NCBI GenBank assembly: GCA_048938025.1
Contig: JBHLMP010000019.1
Span: 1-57,922, forward strand
Source of the DNA: Promethearchaeota archaeon
Lineage (GTDB): Archaea > Asgardarchaeota > Lokiarchaeia > Sigyniarchaeales > SOKP01
Direction: 5' to 3'
DNA: 57,922 bases
Position 1 is the first letter of the stretch, and each line of letters opens with the position of its first letter. Of this stretch, positions 30,032 to 39,154 are shown piece after piece. The notes under the pieces were generated by a model that had not been told where the DNA came from, searched no databases, and saw only the letters and a program-made list of their open reading frames with translations. A program made the position numbers and the translations under genes.

Positions 30032-30048
30032 TTTCTATATAGAGTATA
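30032..30048. promoter_or_regulatory. Second copy of the TCTATATAGA-core motif, upstream of the dehydrogenase gene
   Basis: TTTCTATATAGAGTATA is the exact reverse complement of 5161-5177. Confidence 0.35.
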
Positions 30049-30092
30049 TTATTAAAAATTTTTTTTTATTTTTTAACCACTTAATACTAAGA

Positions 30093-31664
30093 CTATTCAT
30101 CTTGAATGTAAGGTTTACCTAACTGCAAAGAAATTTCTGCTTTCTTTAGTTCTCTACCAATGTAATTTATATGAGATATATTTTTAGTGAGATTTTCTTC
30201 TATGAATTTTTTACTCAAAGCTTCAGCACTGGTTCCAATTAAAGTACTGAGTAATTTATGTTCATTTGAGAAAAATAGTACATAAATTTTTCTTGAATAA
30301 TGATCTATATAAATTTTACAATATCCTTTTTTATCAGGAATATAACTATGATTAAATTCTTCTACAATTATTGCATCTTTCTCATTAATTTTTGGTATCA
30401 CTTGATTAGTTTTTCCCTTTGCTTTAAAAATTTGAATTCCTTGATTAATTGGTGGTGTTTTATTGCATTTTGATATATAATTTAATTTTATACTTTCTTT
30501 TAACTCAGCAACACCACCCATTAACTTTGTACTGTGCTCAACAGTAAACAATATACCAATATCTAATTCAATTGCTATACTAGCTAAAAGTCCATTTATT
30601 CCAACAGAATCTATATCCATTAATTCTACTACATTTGATATGCCAAAAAATGTAGGTAGCTCTAATTTTGCATTTTTTGTTTTATTAAATTCCTTTTTAT
30701 ACAAAAAATAAGTTTCTAATGAATTACAAATTCCTGGAGTGATTGGTGTTTCAAGCAGGGGATCTGCTATTAATTTTTTAAAACCAAAATCTTGCATCTT
30801 TTTAGTCAATTCAAGTAAATTTTTAACTCGTATTTCCGGAGTTTTTGGAAAATATCCCTCTTTAACTTTAGTTGGTAATATAACAATAGGGATATTTCTT
30901 GGAATATCTGAAAATTCCATATAATTTCCTAAATCTAGGCTAAGAATTAAATCGATTTTACTCTCTACTGCAGCTAATATCTCGTTAGTATCCATAGAGT
31001 CAATACTTATTAATATATTAAAATTGGTTCTAATGAGATCAATGATTTCTTTAACTCTCTGAGGGTTGGGTTTATTTGCAACACATCCAATATCTATAAT
31101 ATCTGCTCCTGAGTTAATATAATGCTTCACTTTCTTAATTATACTTTTATCAGACTTTTCAGTACAATTTACAATCTCAGCTATTATAGGGGGAGGCAAA
31201 TTTCGCCCTATTATTATATTCGAACTTTTTTCGTTAAGATAAAATGTATTATATCCAATATGCTTCTTAGCAATATTTAATTGCTCTCTTAGGATTTGGT
31301 TATAGAATTTTTCACCAGAAATTTCCATTAATTTATTTGCTGGAATTGTATTTGATAAATCAATATTTTCAAGATTTTTTAATATTGAAGGCAAATCAGA
31401 AGCGAATTCTGGTCCTTTTTTAATCTTAGTACAGAATTTTTTTTCTAAACTACTTGTATTCCATTGAACGAACCCAGGAAGTAAAATTAAATTAAATTGA
31501 GAAAAATCTTGATTTTTCAAAATATTATCAGTCATTTTTTCTGTTAAAAATGCAGATACTGAAATTGGAGCTTTAAATACGTAAATAAAGTGTTCTTCAA
31601 TGGGTTGTACAATCTTTTTAATAGTTGGATAACTATTTTGACCTGTAATTATAAGAATTTTAAT
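30093..31664 (-). CDS. Archaeal dihydropteroate synthase-related protein (MJ0107/Orf20 type with DUF4346 tail); probable ATT start
   Basis: AEIV, GADIIDIG, SIDS, ADPLL, G..NV.EL.D.DS.G.N and H..Y.GREL.KAE...Y.QD; N-terminal KILIITG...SVSAFLT lies upstream of the called ATG at 31535. Confidence 0.85.
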   Translation of the reverse strand: MKILIITGQNSYPTIKKIVQPIEEHFIYVFKAPISVSAFLTEKMTDNILKNQDFSQFNLILLPGFVQWNTSSLEKKFCTKIKKGPEFASDLPSILKNLENIDLSNTIPANKLMEISGEKFYNQILREQLNIAKKHIGYNTFYLNEKSSNIIIGRNLPPPIIAEIVNCTEKSDKSIIKKVKHYINSGADIIDIGCVANKPNPQRVKEIIDLIRTNFNILISIDSMDTNEILAAVESKIDLILSLDLGNYMEFSDIPRNIPIVILPTKVKEGYFPKTPEIRVKNLLELTKKMQDFGFKKLIADPLLETPITPGICNSLETYFLYKKEFNKTKNAKLELPTFFGISNVVELMDIDSVGINGLLASIAIELDIGILFTVEHSTKLMGGVAELKESIKLNYISKCNKTPPINQGIQIFKAKGKTNQVIPKINEKDAIIVEEFNHSYIPDKKGYCKIYIDHYSRKIYVLFFSNEHKLLSTLIGTSAEALSKKFIEENLTKNISHINYIGRELKKAEISLQLGKPYIQDE

Positions 31665-32754
31665 CTAGATCACGTATTAATTTATCTTTTTCAAATGGAA
31701 TAAAAATATCGTCAAGAATTGAACCCGATGCTTCTTTAATTTTTAAGTTATTTATAATTGGCTCGAATCTACCTCCTAATATTCCATTGGCAATGAAAGC
31801 AGCACCTTGAGCAGCACGTTTAGCTATTTGACTATAAGATTTCATAATTTTAACAGGAGCAACATCTTTTAAACCGCGAATCATCCGTTCTCTTAAATAA
31901 TTCAATTCAGCACCCCTTCCAGCTAATAATACTTCCACTATTTTTTCTTTTTGTGAAAATGCTGATGCAATTCCAAACACCGCTTTTTTAACGCTTGATA
32001 TATACGCTTTAAGGGCAGTTTTGGTTTGTTCATCCCTTTCAGCTAAAAGAGTTATTTCTCTTAAACTTAAATCAGAATATCCAGAGATATAAGCTACTCC
32101 ACCTTTATATATATTTTTCTTTCTGATATTTTTAATGAGATATGCTAATTCTCCATCAAGGGAACCACAAGCTCTAAATCCCATGATATTAGAACCACCA
32201 ATACCATCAATTATTTGACCATTTTCGATTGCTAAAACAGCAGTAAATCCATACCCAATTTCAACCATAATAAAATTTGTTCCTTTAGGTTCGACATTAA
32301 ATCTCTCCATTTGATCTCTTATTCCTGTTACAGCTGTACATAATTTATCTGCTGTACCCATATCAATTTTATTAATCTTTCTATATCTTGGAATGGTCGG
32401 TAAATGTTTCACTCCTGGGACGATTATTCCTGGAATATTTTGTGCTTTAATTAATCGTAGTACTTCTCCAAGACCAATTAATTTATCCTTATCTTTCTGA
32501 TTAAATTTTAAAAGAGTAAAGAAAATATCTTTTTCAGTTAAATCTCCTACATTTTTTAATGGAAGGCCAAATCCACTAGGAGAAACCATTAAATCAATGT
32601 TTTCAACTGATCTAATGATATTAATCGCTTTTTGGGGATCTTGTATTAACTCTTTTGTTGGTATTGAAGTGTCTAATATTATGGTGTTATCATCCAATGC
32701 AAAGAAGTCCCAACTTAAAGATCCGGGATCCACACCTAAGACACGTGGTTTCAT
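31660..32754 (-). CDS. DUF1464 family protein (ASKHA/butyrate-kinase-like)
   Basis: GVDPGS.S.D, PSG.GLP, NKIDMGTADK, DGIGG, LDGELAY and AAQGAA..A.G. Confidence 0.85.
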   Translation of the reverse strand: MKPRVLGVDPGSLSWDFFALDDNTIILDTSIPTKELIQDPQKAINIIRSVENIDLMVSPSGFGLPLKNVGDLTEKDIFFTLLKFNQKDKDKLIGLGEVLRLIKAQNIPGIIVPGVKHLPTIPRYRKINKIDMGTADKLCTAVTGIRDQMERFNVEPKGTNFIMVEIGYGFTAVLAIENGQIIDGIGGSNIMGFRACGSLDGELAYLIKNIRKKNIYKGGVAYISGYSDLSLREITLLAERDEQTKTALKAYISSVKKAVFGIASAFSQKEKIVEVLLAGRGAELNYLRERMIRGLKDVAPVKIMKSYSQIAKRAAQGAAFIANGILGGRFEPIINNLKIKEASGSILDDIFIPFEKDKLIRDLD

Positions 32755-33032
32755 AAATTCTGAAATTTAAAGATTCCAATTATTATCTATTTAAAAAAGG
32801 AGCTTTTTATACAAAAAGCATCAGATTAATTATATTTTACTACTTCTAGAAATTATCTATATTTCATTATAATTTTTGGTTTTTTTAATTATTAGCTCAA
32901 ATTAAAATTATTTCTTTTTTGAACTGATTAGCCATATAACTTTTAGATTTTAAGTCAAAAGTATAAATATTTATAAAAATTTAAAAATAACATAATTTAG
33001 ATTTGAATTATAAACAATTTAGGTGAAAAAAA

Positions 33033-33566
33033 ATTACAAAAGTAAACGTGTTTGTATGTAAAATTTGTGGAGAAGCTTATATTGGAGAAGAAGCTCCTAG
33101 TCGTTGCCCATTTTGTGGAGCTTTCAAGAAATTTTTCGTTACAGCAAAAGATTATGATGATACTGGAGCATGGGATGTCGAATTAAATGAAAAAGACATA
33201 GCAAATGCAGAGAAAGCTTTAGAAGTGGAAGTCTCAAATACAATCTTTTATAAATGTTCTAGTAAGAAAACGCCAGAACTGGAAGGTCAGAAAATATTTA
33301 AGATATTAGCAAAAGTAGAAAATGAACACGCATCGATCTGGAAAAAGATTCTTAAATTAGATAAGGTTGATTTTCCTAGTTATGATAAATGTGCGTCAGA
33401 ATATACACCAAATTTAGAAGAATCTCATCAAAGAGAAGAGAGAGCAATTAAATTCTATGGGCAAGCAGCAAAAGAGGCGAAAAATCCTCGTGTTAAAGAA
33501 ATTTTCCAAGCCTTAGTGGAAGTTGAAACAGATCACTTACATCTTTCTGAAGAAAGACTTAAATAA
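33033..33566 (+). CDS. Rubredoxin-like plus ferritin-like protein (reverse-rubrerythrin type); start ATT 33033 or GTG 33048
   Basis: CKICG...CPFCG followed by E..FY, VENEH, E..A..FY and VETDH diiron ligands. Confidence 0.88.
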   Translation: MTKVNVFVCKICGEAYIGEEAPSRCPFCGAFKKFFVTAKDYDDTGAWDVELNEKDIANAEKALEVEVSNTIFYKCSSKKTPELEGQKIFKILAKVENEHASIWKKILKLDKVDFPSYDKCASEYTPNLEESHQREERAIKFYGQAAKEAKNPRVKEIFQALVEVETDHLHLSEERLK

Positions 33567-33716
33567 AACAAAACTTAAAATTATTATTTTTTTAATCCTT
33601 TTCTTTAATAATATTAATTTGTTATAAAATGTAAAAATAATCTATAAATATTTTTAACAATAATTAACATTTAATTTCACACTATTATTTAATAGTAAGA
33701 CCAGGTTATAAAGAGA

Positions 33717-36215
33717 ATGAGTAATATTAATGAAAATTTAGATAATTTAGAAGAACAGCGACATCAAATAGCAAAACCTCATGATCTTTCTCCACGATCA
33801 AAATGGTTAAGAGATTATTACTTTAAGGGAAACGAAAGAGAATGGAATAATCAATATATGCCCTTTACTACTGGAACTGATTGGGATCTAATTTTTGAAG
33901 AGAGTAATATGTATATTGTTCCAGGAGCACACCTTTATGTAGGAAATAAAGGCAAAGGAGTATTTGAAAGTTGTTTTCGATCAATGGCGATACCGGTTAA
34001 ATTACCTGAAAATTTCTGGGAATTATCACTTCCTGAACGAAGAATAATCTTTTTTGAAGAAGTGATGTTAAATTATATTCCACATGAAATAATTTCCGAG
34101 AATGATTTAATAGCAGGTGGAAGATTTCATACACAATTAAGTAAATGCTTTACAAAAAAAGAAGCTAAGGAATTTTGGAAGAAAAATTTAAAGATTCGAA
34201 AAGCTGTCTTTAAATATCACCATTCTGGTTTTGGAAATTTAGGGGCTGTTGGTGGTCATATCATCCCTGACCATGAAACCATAATAAAGAAAGGATTTAA
34301 GTTTGCCTATGAAAAAGCAAAAACCAGATATGAGCAGCTAAATAAAAAAGAGAAAAAAGGTCCTAAAGGTCAAGAACTTCTAGCAATGATAAGAGCTGCT
34401 GAAATTCCTAGAAAATTAGCTAAAAAGTACGCTGAGGAATGTCGACGATTAAAGGAAGAAGCATCAACACCAGATAGAGTGAAGGAACTTGAAGAAATGG
34501 CTAATAATTTAGAACATGTCCCATGGGAACCAGCTGAAACTTTCTGGCAAGGAGTTCAAGCGCTCTGGCTTACTCATATGTTAACTATATCAGAGGAGTC
34601 ATATCCTGGTGCAGGAACATCTTTTGGCAGAACAGATCAATACTTATGGCCTTTGTATAAAAAAGATGTTATGGATGAGAAAAAAATAACAAAAGAATTT
34701 GCAAAAGATATTTTAGGAAGTTTCTGGTTTCATTGTAATACTGTATATGATGCACAAATAATGGTTGGAAAACAAGGAATTACCAGTGGCTTTGGACAGT
34801 TAATGACATTATCGGGATGTGGTCCTAATGGAGAAGATTTAACAAATGAATTAACTTATACAATCTTAGAAGTCATTGATGAATGGTCTCCAATATTGGA
34901 ACCCAAACCAAATATTCGTTTACATCGTGATTCTCCTGATAAACTCTTAGATAAAATAATTAATATGATTTCAAGATCCCAAGGCGCTCCCTTTTTAATA
35001 AATTTTGATGAGAGGGCTATTGCTGGATTACTAGAAGAGGGTATTACAAGAGAAGAAGCTTGGAACTATGCTTGTGTTGGGTGTTTAGAAAATACTATGC
35101 AAGGGAATGATCGTTCAGGTACAGTAAATTGTAATCCTAATTTAGCTAAGAGCATTGAGCTGACATTATGGAATGGACATAATATGCCGGGGAACTTTGA
35201 AAAGCCTTGGAATAAGGACGGAGAGCAATTTGGGCCAAAAACCGGAGATCCTAAAAATTTTAAAACTTGGGATGATTTCTGGAATGCTTGGCAGGAACAA
35301 ATGAAGTCTATTATAAAATATACTGTTGATGTATATAATATAAGCGAAGCACTTCGAGCCGAATATATACCAACTCCATATATATCGACTTTAGTTCGTG
35401 GTTGTATTAAGAAGGGTTTAGATGTGCGAAGTGGAGGACCTGAATTACGATTTATAACTATTGAGGGTGTAGGATTCGCGACAACAGTGGATTCCTTATT
35501 GGCAATTAAACGTTTAATCTATGACCAAAAGAAATACGCTATTACTGAAGTTAAAAAGGCATTAATGAATAATTATGAGGGATTTGAAATTATGGAAACA
35601 ACATTAAGAAATAAAGCTCCTAAATACGGAAATAATGACGATGATGCTGATGAATTAGCAAAAAATGTAATGAAATTATGGGTAGATGAAACATGGAAAT
35701 ATAAAACACCCAATGATTTTCAATATCGTCCAGGAATGTTATCATGGAATTATTGGGCCGGTGCTGATGCAAGATTTACCATAGCTACTCCAGATGGAAG
35801 AAAAGCAGGAACTTTTCTTTCTAATGCAATATGTCCTACTAATGGAGTTGATAAAAAAGGACCTACAGCAGTTACTAATTCTGTAGGGATTGCTTTGGGG
35901 GGAAAAACTGATAATGGAGAATATTTGAATTTTCTACCTAATGGAGCAAGTCACACTATTACGTTTAATCCTAGTATTATTAGAGATCCTGAACATAAAG
36001 AAAAATTTAAATCATATTTAAAAGGTTATGTTGAGAACGGGGGGACTTGTTTACAAGTTAATATGTTAGATGCAGAGTTGCTAAAGGATGCACAGAAGCA
36101 TCCAGAGAATTATCAGGATTTATTAGTACGTATCACTGGATATAATGCCTATTTCAATGCGATTGGAAGGGAACTTCAAGATGAAATAATTGCACGAGAA
36201 TCTCATAGTATCTAA
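33717..36215 (+). CDS. Glycyl radical enzyme (PFL2/eliminase-like), substrate unknown
   Basis: SFGR.DQYL, single-Cys loop GCLE, ATPDGR, LQVN and glycine loop LVRITGY. Confidence 0.93.
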   Translation: MSNINENLDNLEEQRHQIAKPHDLSPRSKWLRDYYFKGNEREWNNQYMPFTTGTDWDLIFEESNMYIVPGAHLYVGNKGKGVFESCFRSMAIPVKLPENFWELSLPERRIIFFEEVMLNYIPHEIISENDLIAGGRFHTQLSKCFTKKEAKEFWKKNLKIRKAVFKYHHSGFGNLGAVGGHIIPDHETIIKKGFKFAYEKAKTRYEQLNKKEKKGPKGQELLAMIRAAEIPRKLAKKYAEECRRLKEEASTPDRVKELEEMANNLEHVPWEPAETFWQGVQALWLTHMLTISEESYPGAGTSFGRTDQYLWPLYKKDVMDEKKITKEFAKDILGSFWFHCNTVYDAQIMVGKQGITSGFGQLMTLSGCGPNGEDLTNELTYTILEVIDEWSPILEPKPNIRLHRDSPDKLLDKIINMISRSQGAPFLINFDERAIAGLLEEGITREEAWNYACVGCLENTMQGNDRSGTVNCNPNLAKSIELTLWNGHNMPGNFEKPWNKDGEQFGPKTGDPKNFKTWDDFWNAWQEQMKSIIKYTVDVYNISEALRAEYIPTPYISTLVRGCIKKGLDVRSGGPELRFITIEGVGFATTVDSLLAIKRLIYDQKKYAITEVKKALMNNYEGFEIMETTLRNKAPKYGNNDDDADELAKNVMKLWVDETWKYKTPNDFQYRPGMLSWNYWAGADARFTIATPDGRKAGTFLSNAICPTNGVDKKGPTAVTNSVGIALGGKTDNGEYLNFLPNGASHTITFNPSIIRDPEHKEKFKSYLKGYVENGGTCLQVNMLDAELLKDAQKHPENYQDLLVRITGYNAYFNAIGRELQDEIIARESHSI

Positions 36216-36249
36216 TTCTCTTTTTAATTTTTTTTTGAATCCTATATAC

Positions 36250-36318
36250 ATATGATCAAATGATCACATTTAAATACTTTAATTTTTATTATTACTATAT
36301 ATGATCAAAAGATCATAT
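36250..36318 (+). promoter_or_regulatory. Two palindromic operators flanking a TATA box, upstream of a PadR gene
   Basis: ATATGATC-AAAT-GATCACAT (36250-36269), TTTAAATA (36269-36276) and perfect ATATGATC-AAAA-GATCATAT (36299-36318). Confidence 0.75.
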
Positions 36319-36348
36319 CTAAAAAACAAATAATTAGAGGGATTAAAA

Positions 36349-37104
36349 TTGAATAATAAAAACCTATTTGATAAAAAATATGAGATTGGAGACCGTTTTA
36401 TGCATTACAACTATTTTTTTCCACATTTAAAAAGTGATCATCCCAATCCACCACATAGAGGTCCCCCACCATTCTTTAGACATCAACCTTCTCATAGACC
36501 CCCTTACTCATTTGGAGGGTATCCTCCTCCTCGTGCTTCAATGCCTATTTCACGTGAATCTTTTAAGGAATTAAAACACTTTTTTATTCTAATGATCCTT
36601 GTTGATAAACCTGAAGGAATCACAGGATATCAACTTCAAGAAAAATATGGTTTTCCGAGAGGGAGTATGCTAAGAAGTCTAGAAAAATTAGAGGTAAAAA
36701 AGTATGTCTCAACCCGAGTATCTACTATTAAAGGAAGAGAACATAAATTTTACATAATAACTAAGGAAGGAGAATCGTATTTAGAGAATATAAAGGAAAA
36801 GTGGACACATCATTTTGCATTGATGTCAGATATGGCTCCCCCTGAGAAGTATGGTAATCCATTTAGAAGAGACCATTTACGGCGTGATTTAATGAGAAAA
36901 ATTGAAAAATTCAAATCTACAGAGGACGCAATTGACTTTTTTCGAGGAATGAGATCACATTTCAAAGATTCCTTATCAAGACTAGAAAGGAGGAAAGAAA
37001 GAATTCAATCTACAAGAAGTTCAATAGATGAGATCATTAATAAACTTGAAAAAATGGAGTCATTTGATATCGAAGAAATTAAAAAGATAGTAAAAGGTAT
37101 TTAA
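36349..37104 (+). CDS. PadR family transcriptional regulator with Pro/His-rich N-terminus
   Basis: ILMIL...GITGYQL...L.KLE...GR..K.Y.IT.EG; alternative ATG start at 36400. Confidence 0.82.
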   Translation: MNNKNLFDKKYEIGDRFMHYNYFFPHLKSDHPNPPHRGPPPFFRHQPSHRPPYSFGGYPPPRASMPISRESFKELKHFFILMILVDKPEGITGYQLQEKYGFPRGSMLRSLEKLEVKKYVSTRVSTIKGREHKFYIITKEGESYLENIKEKWTHHFALMSDMAPPEKYGNPFRRDHLRRDLMRKIEKFKSTEDAIDFFRGMRSHFKDSLSRLERRKERIQSTRSSIDEIINKLEKMESFDIEEIKKIVKGI

Positions 37105-37199
37105 TAAAACCTCGAAATTTTTTTAAAATAATCTCATATTTAATTTCTGCAAATTTTATTTCTTTTTTTTAATTTTATATTACTAAGTGAATAGGATAG

Positions 37200-38195
37200 A
37201 TGATTAACACAGATCAAGGTTTAATCTTTCAAATTCAGAAGATGTCGACTGAAGATGGTCCTGGAATTCGAACCACTGTTTTTTTCAAGCAATGTCCTTT
37301 AAAATGTATATGGTGTCATAATCCCGAATCAATCTTGAGAAAAAAACAGCTACAATGGTTTAAACATAAATGTATTGGATGTAAGACATGTATAGACACT
37401 TGTGAAGAAAAAGCTTTAATGCTCGATGAAAATGGTATGCATATAGATAGAGAAAGGTGTAATAGTTGCGGAAGGTGTGTTGAGGAATGTCCAAGTACAG
37501 CATTAGATATGTTTGGTAAATGGTGGGATTTAGAGGAATTATTCTATGAGATTAATAAGGATAAAATTTATTATCTTAAATCAAATGGAGGGATCACGGT
37601 CTCAGGAGGTGAGCCTACCGTACAATCTAATTTTGTAACTAATTTTTTAAAGAAATGTAAGGAAAATGATATCTCAACAGCTTTAGATACTTGTGGATAT
37701 GCTTCAAAAAAGATTTATGAAAAAATTATACCATATGTAGATTTAGTGCTTTTAGATATCAAAGAAATTAATTCTGAAAAACATGAGAAATGGACAGGGG
37801 TATCAAACAAGCAAATCTTTGAAAATGCTAGATGGCTCGCGACCAGTCTTAAAAAAGATGGAAAAGAGATGTGGATACGTACACCTCTTATTCCTCATTA
37901 TACCGCCACAGATCAAAACATTCGAGGAATTGGTGAATTTATTGTAAATGAATTAAATAACTTACCTTCACGTTGGGATTTACTTGCTTTTAATAATTTA
38001 TGCATGGCAAAATATGAGCGTTTAGATCTTGATTGGATTTTGAAAGGTGAACCTCTTATGACAACGGAGGAAATAGAACATTATTTTGAAATTGCTAAAT
38101 CTACAGGAGTTAATAACGTCAAATGGTCTGGTTTAACAAAAAAGATTAGTAAGGAAAAAATAGGAGAAGAAAATACGTTAAATACTAAAAATTAA
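37200..38195 (+). CDS. Glycyl-radical enzyme activating enzyme (radical SAM with ferredoxin insert)
   Basis: DGPGIRTTVF, CPLKCIWCHNPE, two CxxCxxC...C motifs, SGGEP and DTCG. Confidence 0.95.
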   Translation: MINTDQGLIFQIQKMSTEDGPGIRTTVFFKQCPLKCIWCHNPESILRKKQLQWFKHKCIGCKTCIDTCEEKALMLDENGMHIDRERCNSCGRCVEECPSTALDMFGKWWDLEELFYEINKDKIYYLKSNGGITVSGGEPTVQSNFVTNFLKKCKENDISTALDTCGYASKKIYEKIIPYVDLVLLDIKEINSEKHEKWTGVSNKQIFENARWLATSLKKDGKEMWIRTPLIPHYTATDQNIRGIGEFIVNELNNLPSRWDLLAFNNLCMAKYERLDLDWILKGEPLMTTEEIEHYFEIAKSTGVNNVKWSGLTKKISKEKIGEENTLNTKN

Positions 38196-38246
38196 AAAAT
38201 TTTAAACAAAATAGAAGAATTAATATAAATATAAAGTTGAATAATT

Positions 38247-39131
38247 ATGAGTAAAAAAAGTAAAATGGCAGATTGGTCTTCTGAAGCTTCGAAAGAAGCT
38301 ATAGAATTTACTCAACCTGAAATAATGTTAAAGTTAGTAGGAACCGTAGATGAGAGAGGCTGGCCACATATAACATTTATTGCAATGAATCGAATTATTG
38401 ATAAGAATACAATAGTTTGGGGTGCTTTTACAACAGGTACTAGTAAGAAAAACGTTTCAAAAAACCCTAAACAAGGAATTTTTTATATGACAGCAGATAT
38501 GCCCTTTAAATTTCTACAGATTAAGGCAGATTTAAGTTATACAACTAAAGAAGGAAAGGATTTAGAATATTTTAATAGTACAAATTTATTTAGATACTTT
38601 CCCTATTATAGGATCCATACCGCTTATTATAATAACATAGTTAGTTCTTCTCCCGTGAAAAATTTACCTTTATTTGGAATTATAAAAGGTATCATAAAAA
38701 ATGTAATCGGCAAAGGAGGAGCAAAAACAAAGTTAAAGGAAAAGCGATTGAATGTTATAGGATATAAGTTATTTACAGCAGCTATAGCTGTTAGAGCAAT
38801 TGCTTATATTGATCCTTCAAATGGTTACCCAATTATTATTCCATGTATTCAGCTTCAAGCAGCTGATCATAACAGATTAATATTTCCTCCTTCTGTTTTA
38901 AAGGAAGATTTGTATCAGATTCCTATCGATTCTAAAGTTGCTGTTTTTGGTATGAATTTTGATTTTGCGAGTCAAGTGGTAAAAGGCACATTTATTGGTT
39001 TTAAAAAATTCAGAGGGATCAAATTCGGTGTTATCGAAATTGAAGAAATTTACAATAGTTCACCTGTAGTTGTAGGAAAGATTTATCCTGAGATTAAAAC
39101 TCTTCCAAAAGTAACTGATTTTCATTTATAA
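38247..39131 (+). CDS. Tandem PNPOx-like FMN-binding split-barrel protein
   Basis: LVGTVDERGWPHIT...SKKNVSKNP plus a degenerate second repeat (IAYIDPSNGYPII). Confidence 0.7.
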   Translation: MSKKSKMADWSSEASKEAIEFTQPEIMLKLVGTVDERGWPHITFIAMNRIIDKNTIVWGAFTTGTSKKNVSKNPKQGIFYMTADMPFKFLQIKADLSYTTKEGKDLEYFNSTNLFRYFPYYRIHTAYYNNIVSSSPVKNLPLFGIIKGIIKNVIGKGGAKTKLKEKRLNVIGYKLFTAAIAVRAIAYIDPSNGYPIIIPCIQLQAADHNRLIFPPSVLKEDLYQIPIDSKVAVFGMNFDFASQVVKGTFIGFKKFRGIKFGVIEIEEIYNSSPVVVGKIYPEIKTLPKVTDFHL

Positions 39132-39154
39132 TTATAAGAAATTTTACTTTTAGG

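Noticed and set aside
33717-36215. Pyruvate formate-lyase (pflB)
   Set aside because: It lacks the adjacent Cys-Cys pair, and the activase has the ferredoxin insert typical of non-PFL GREs.
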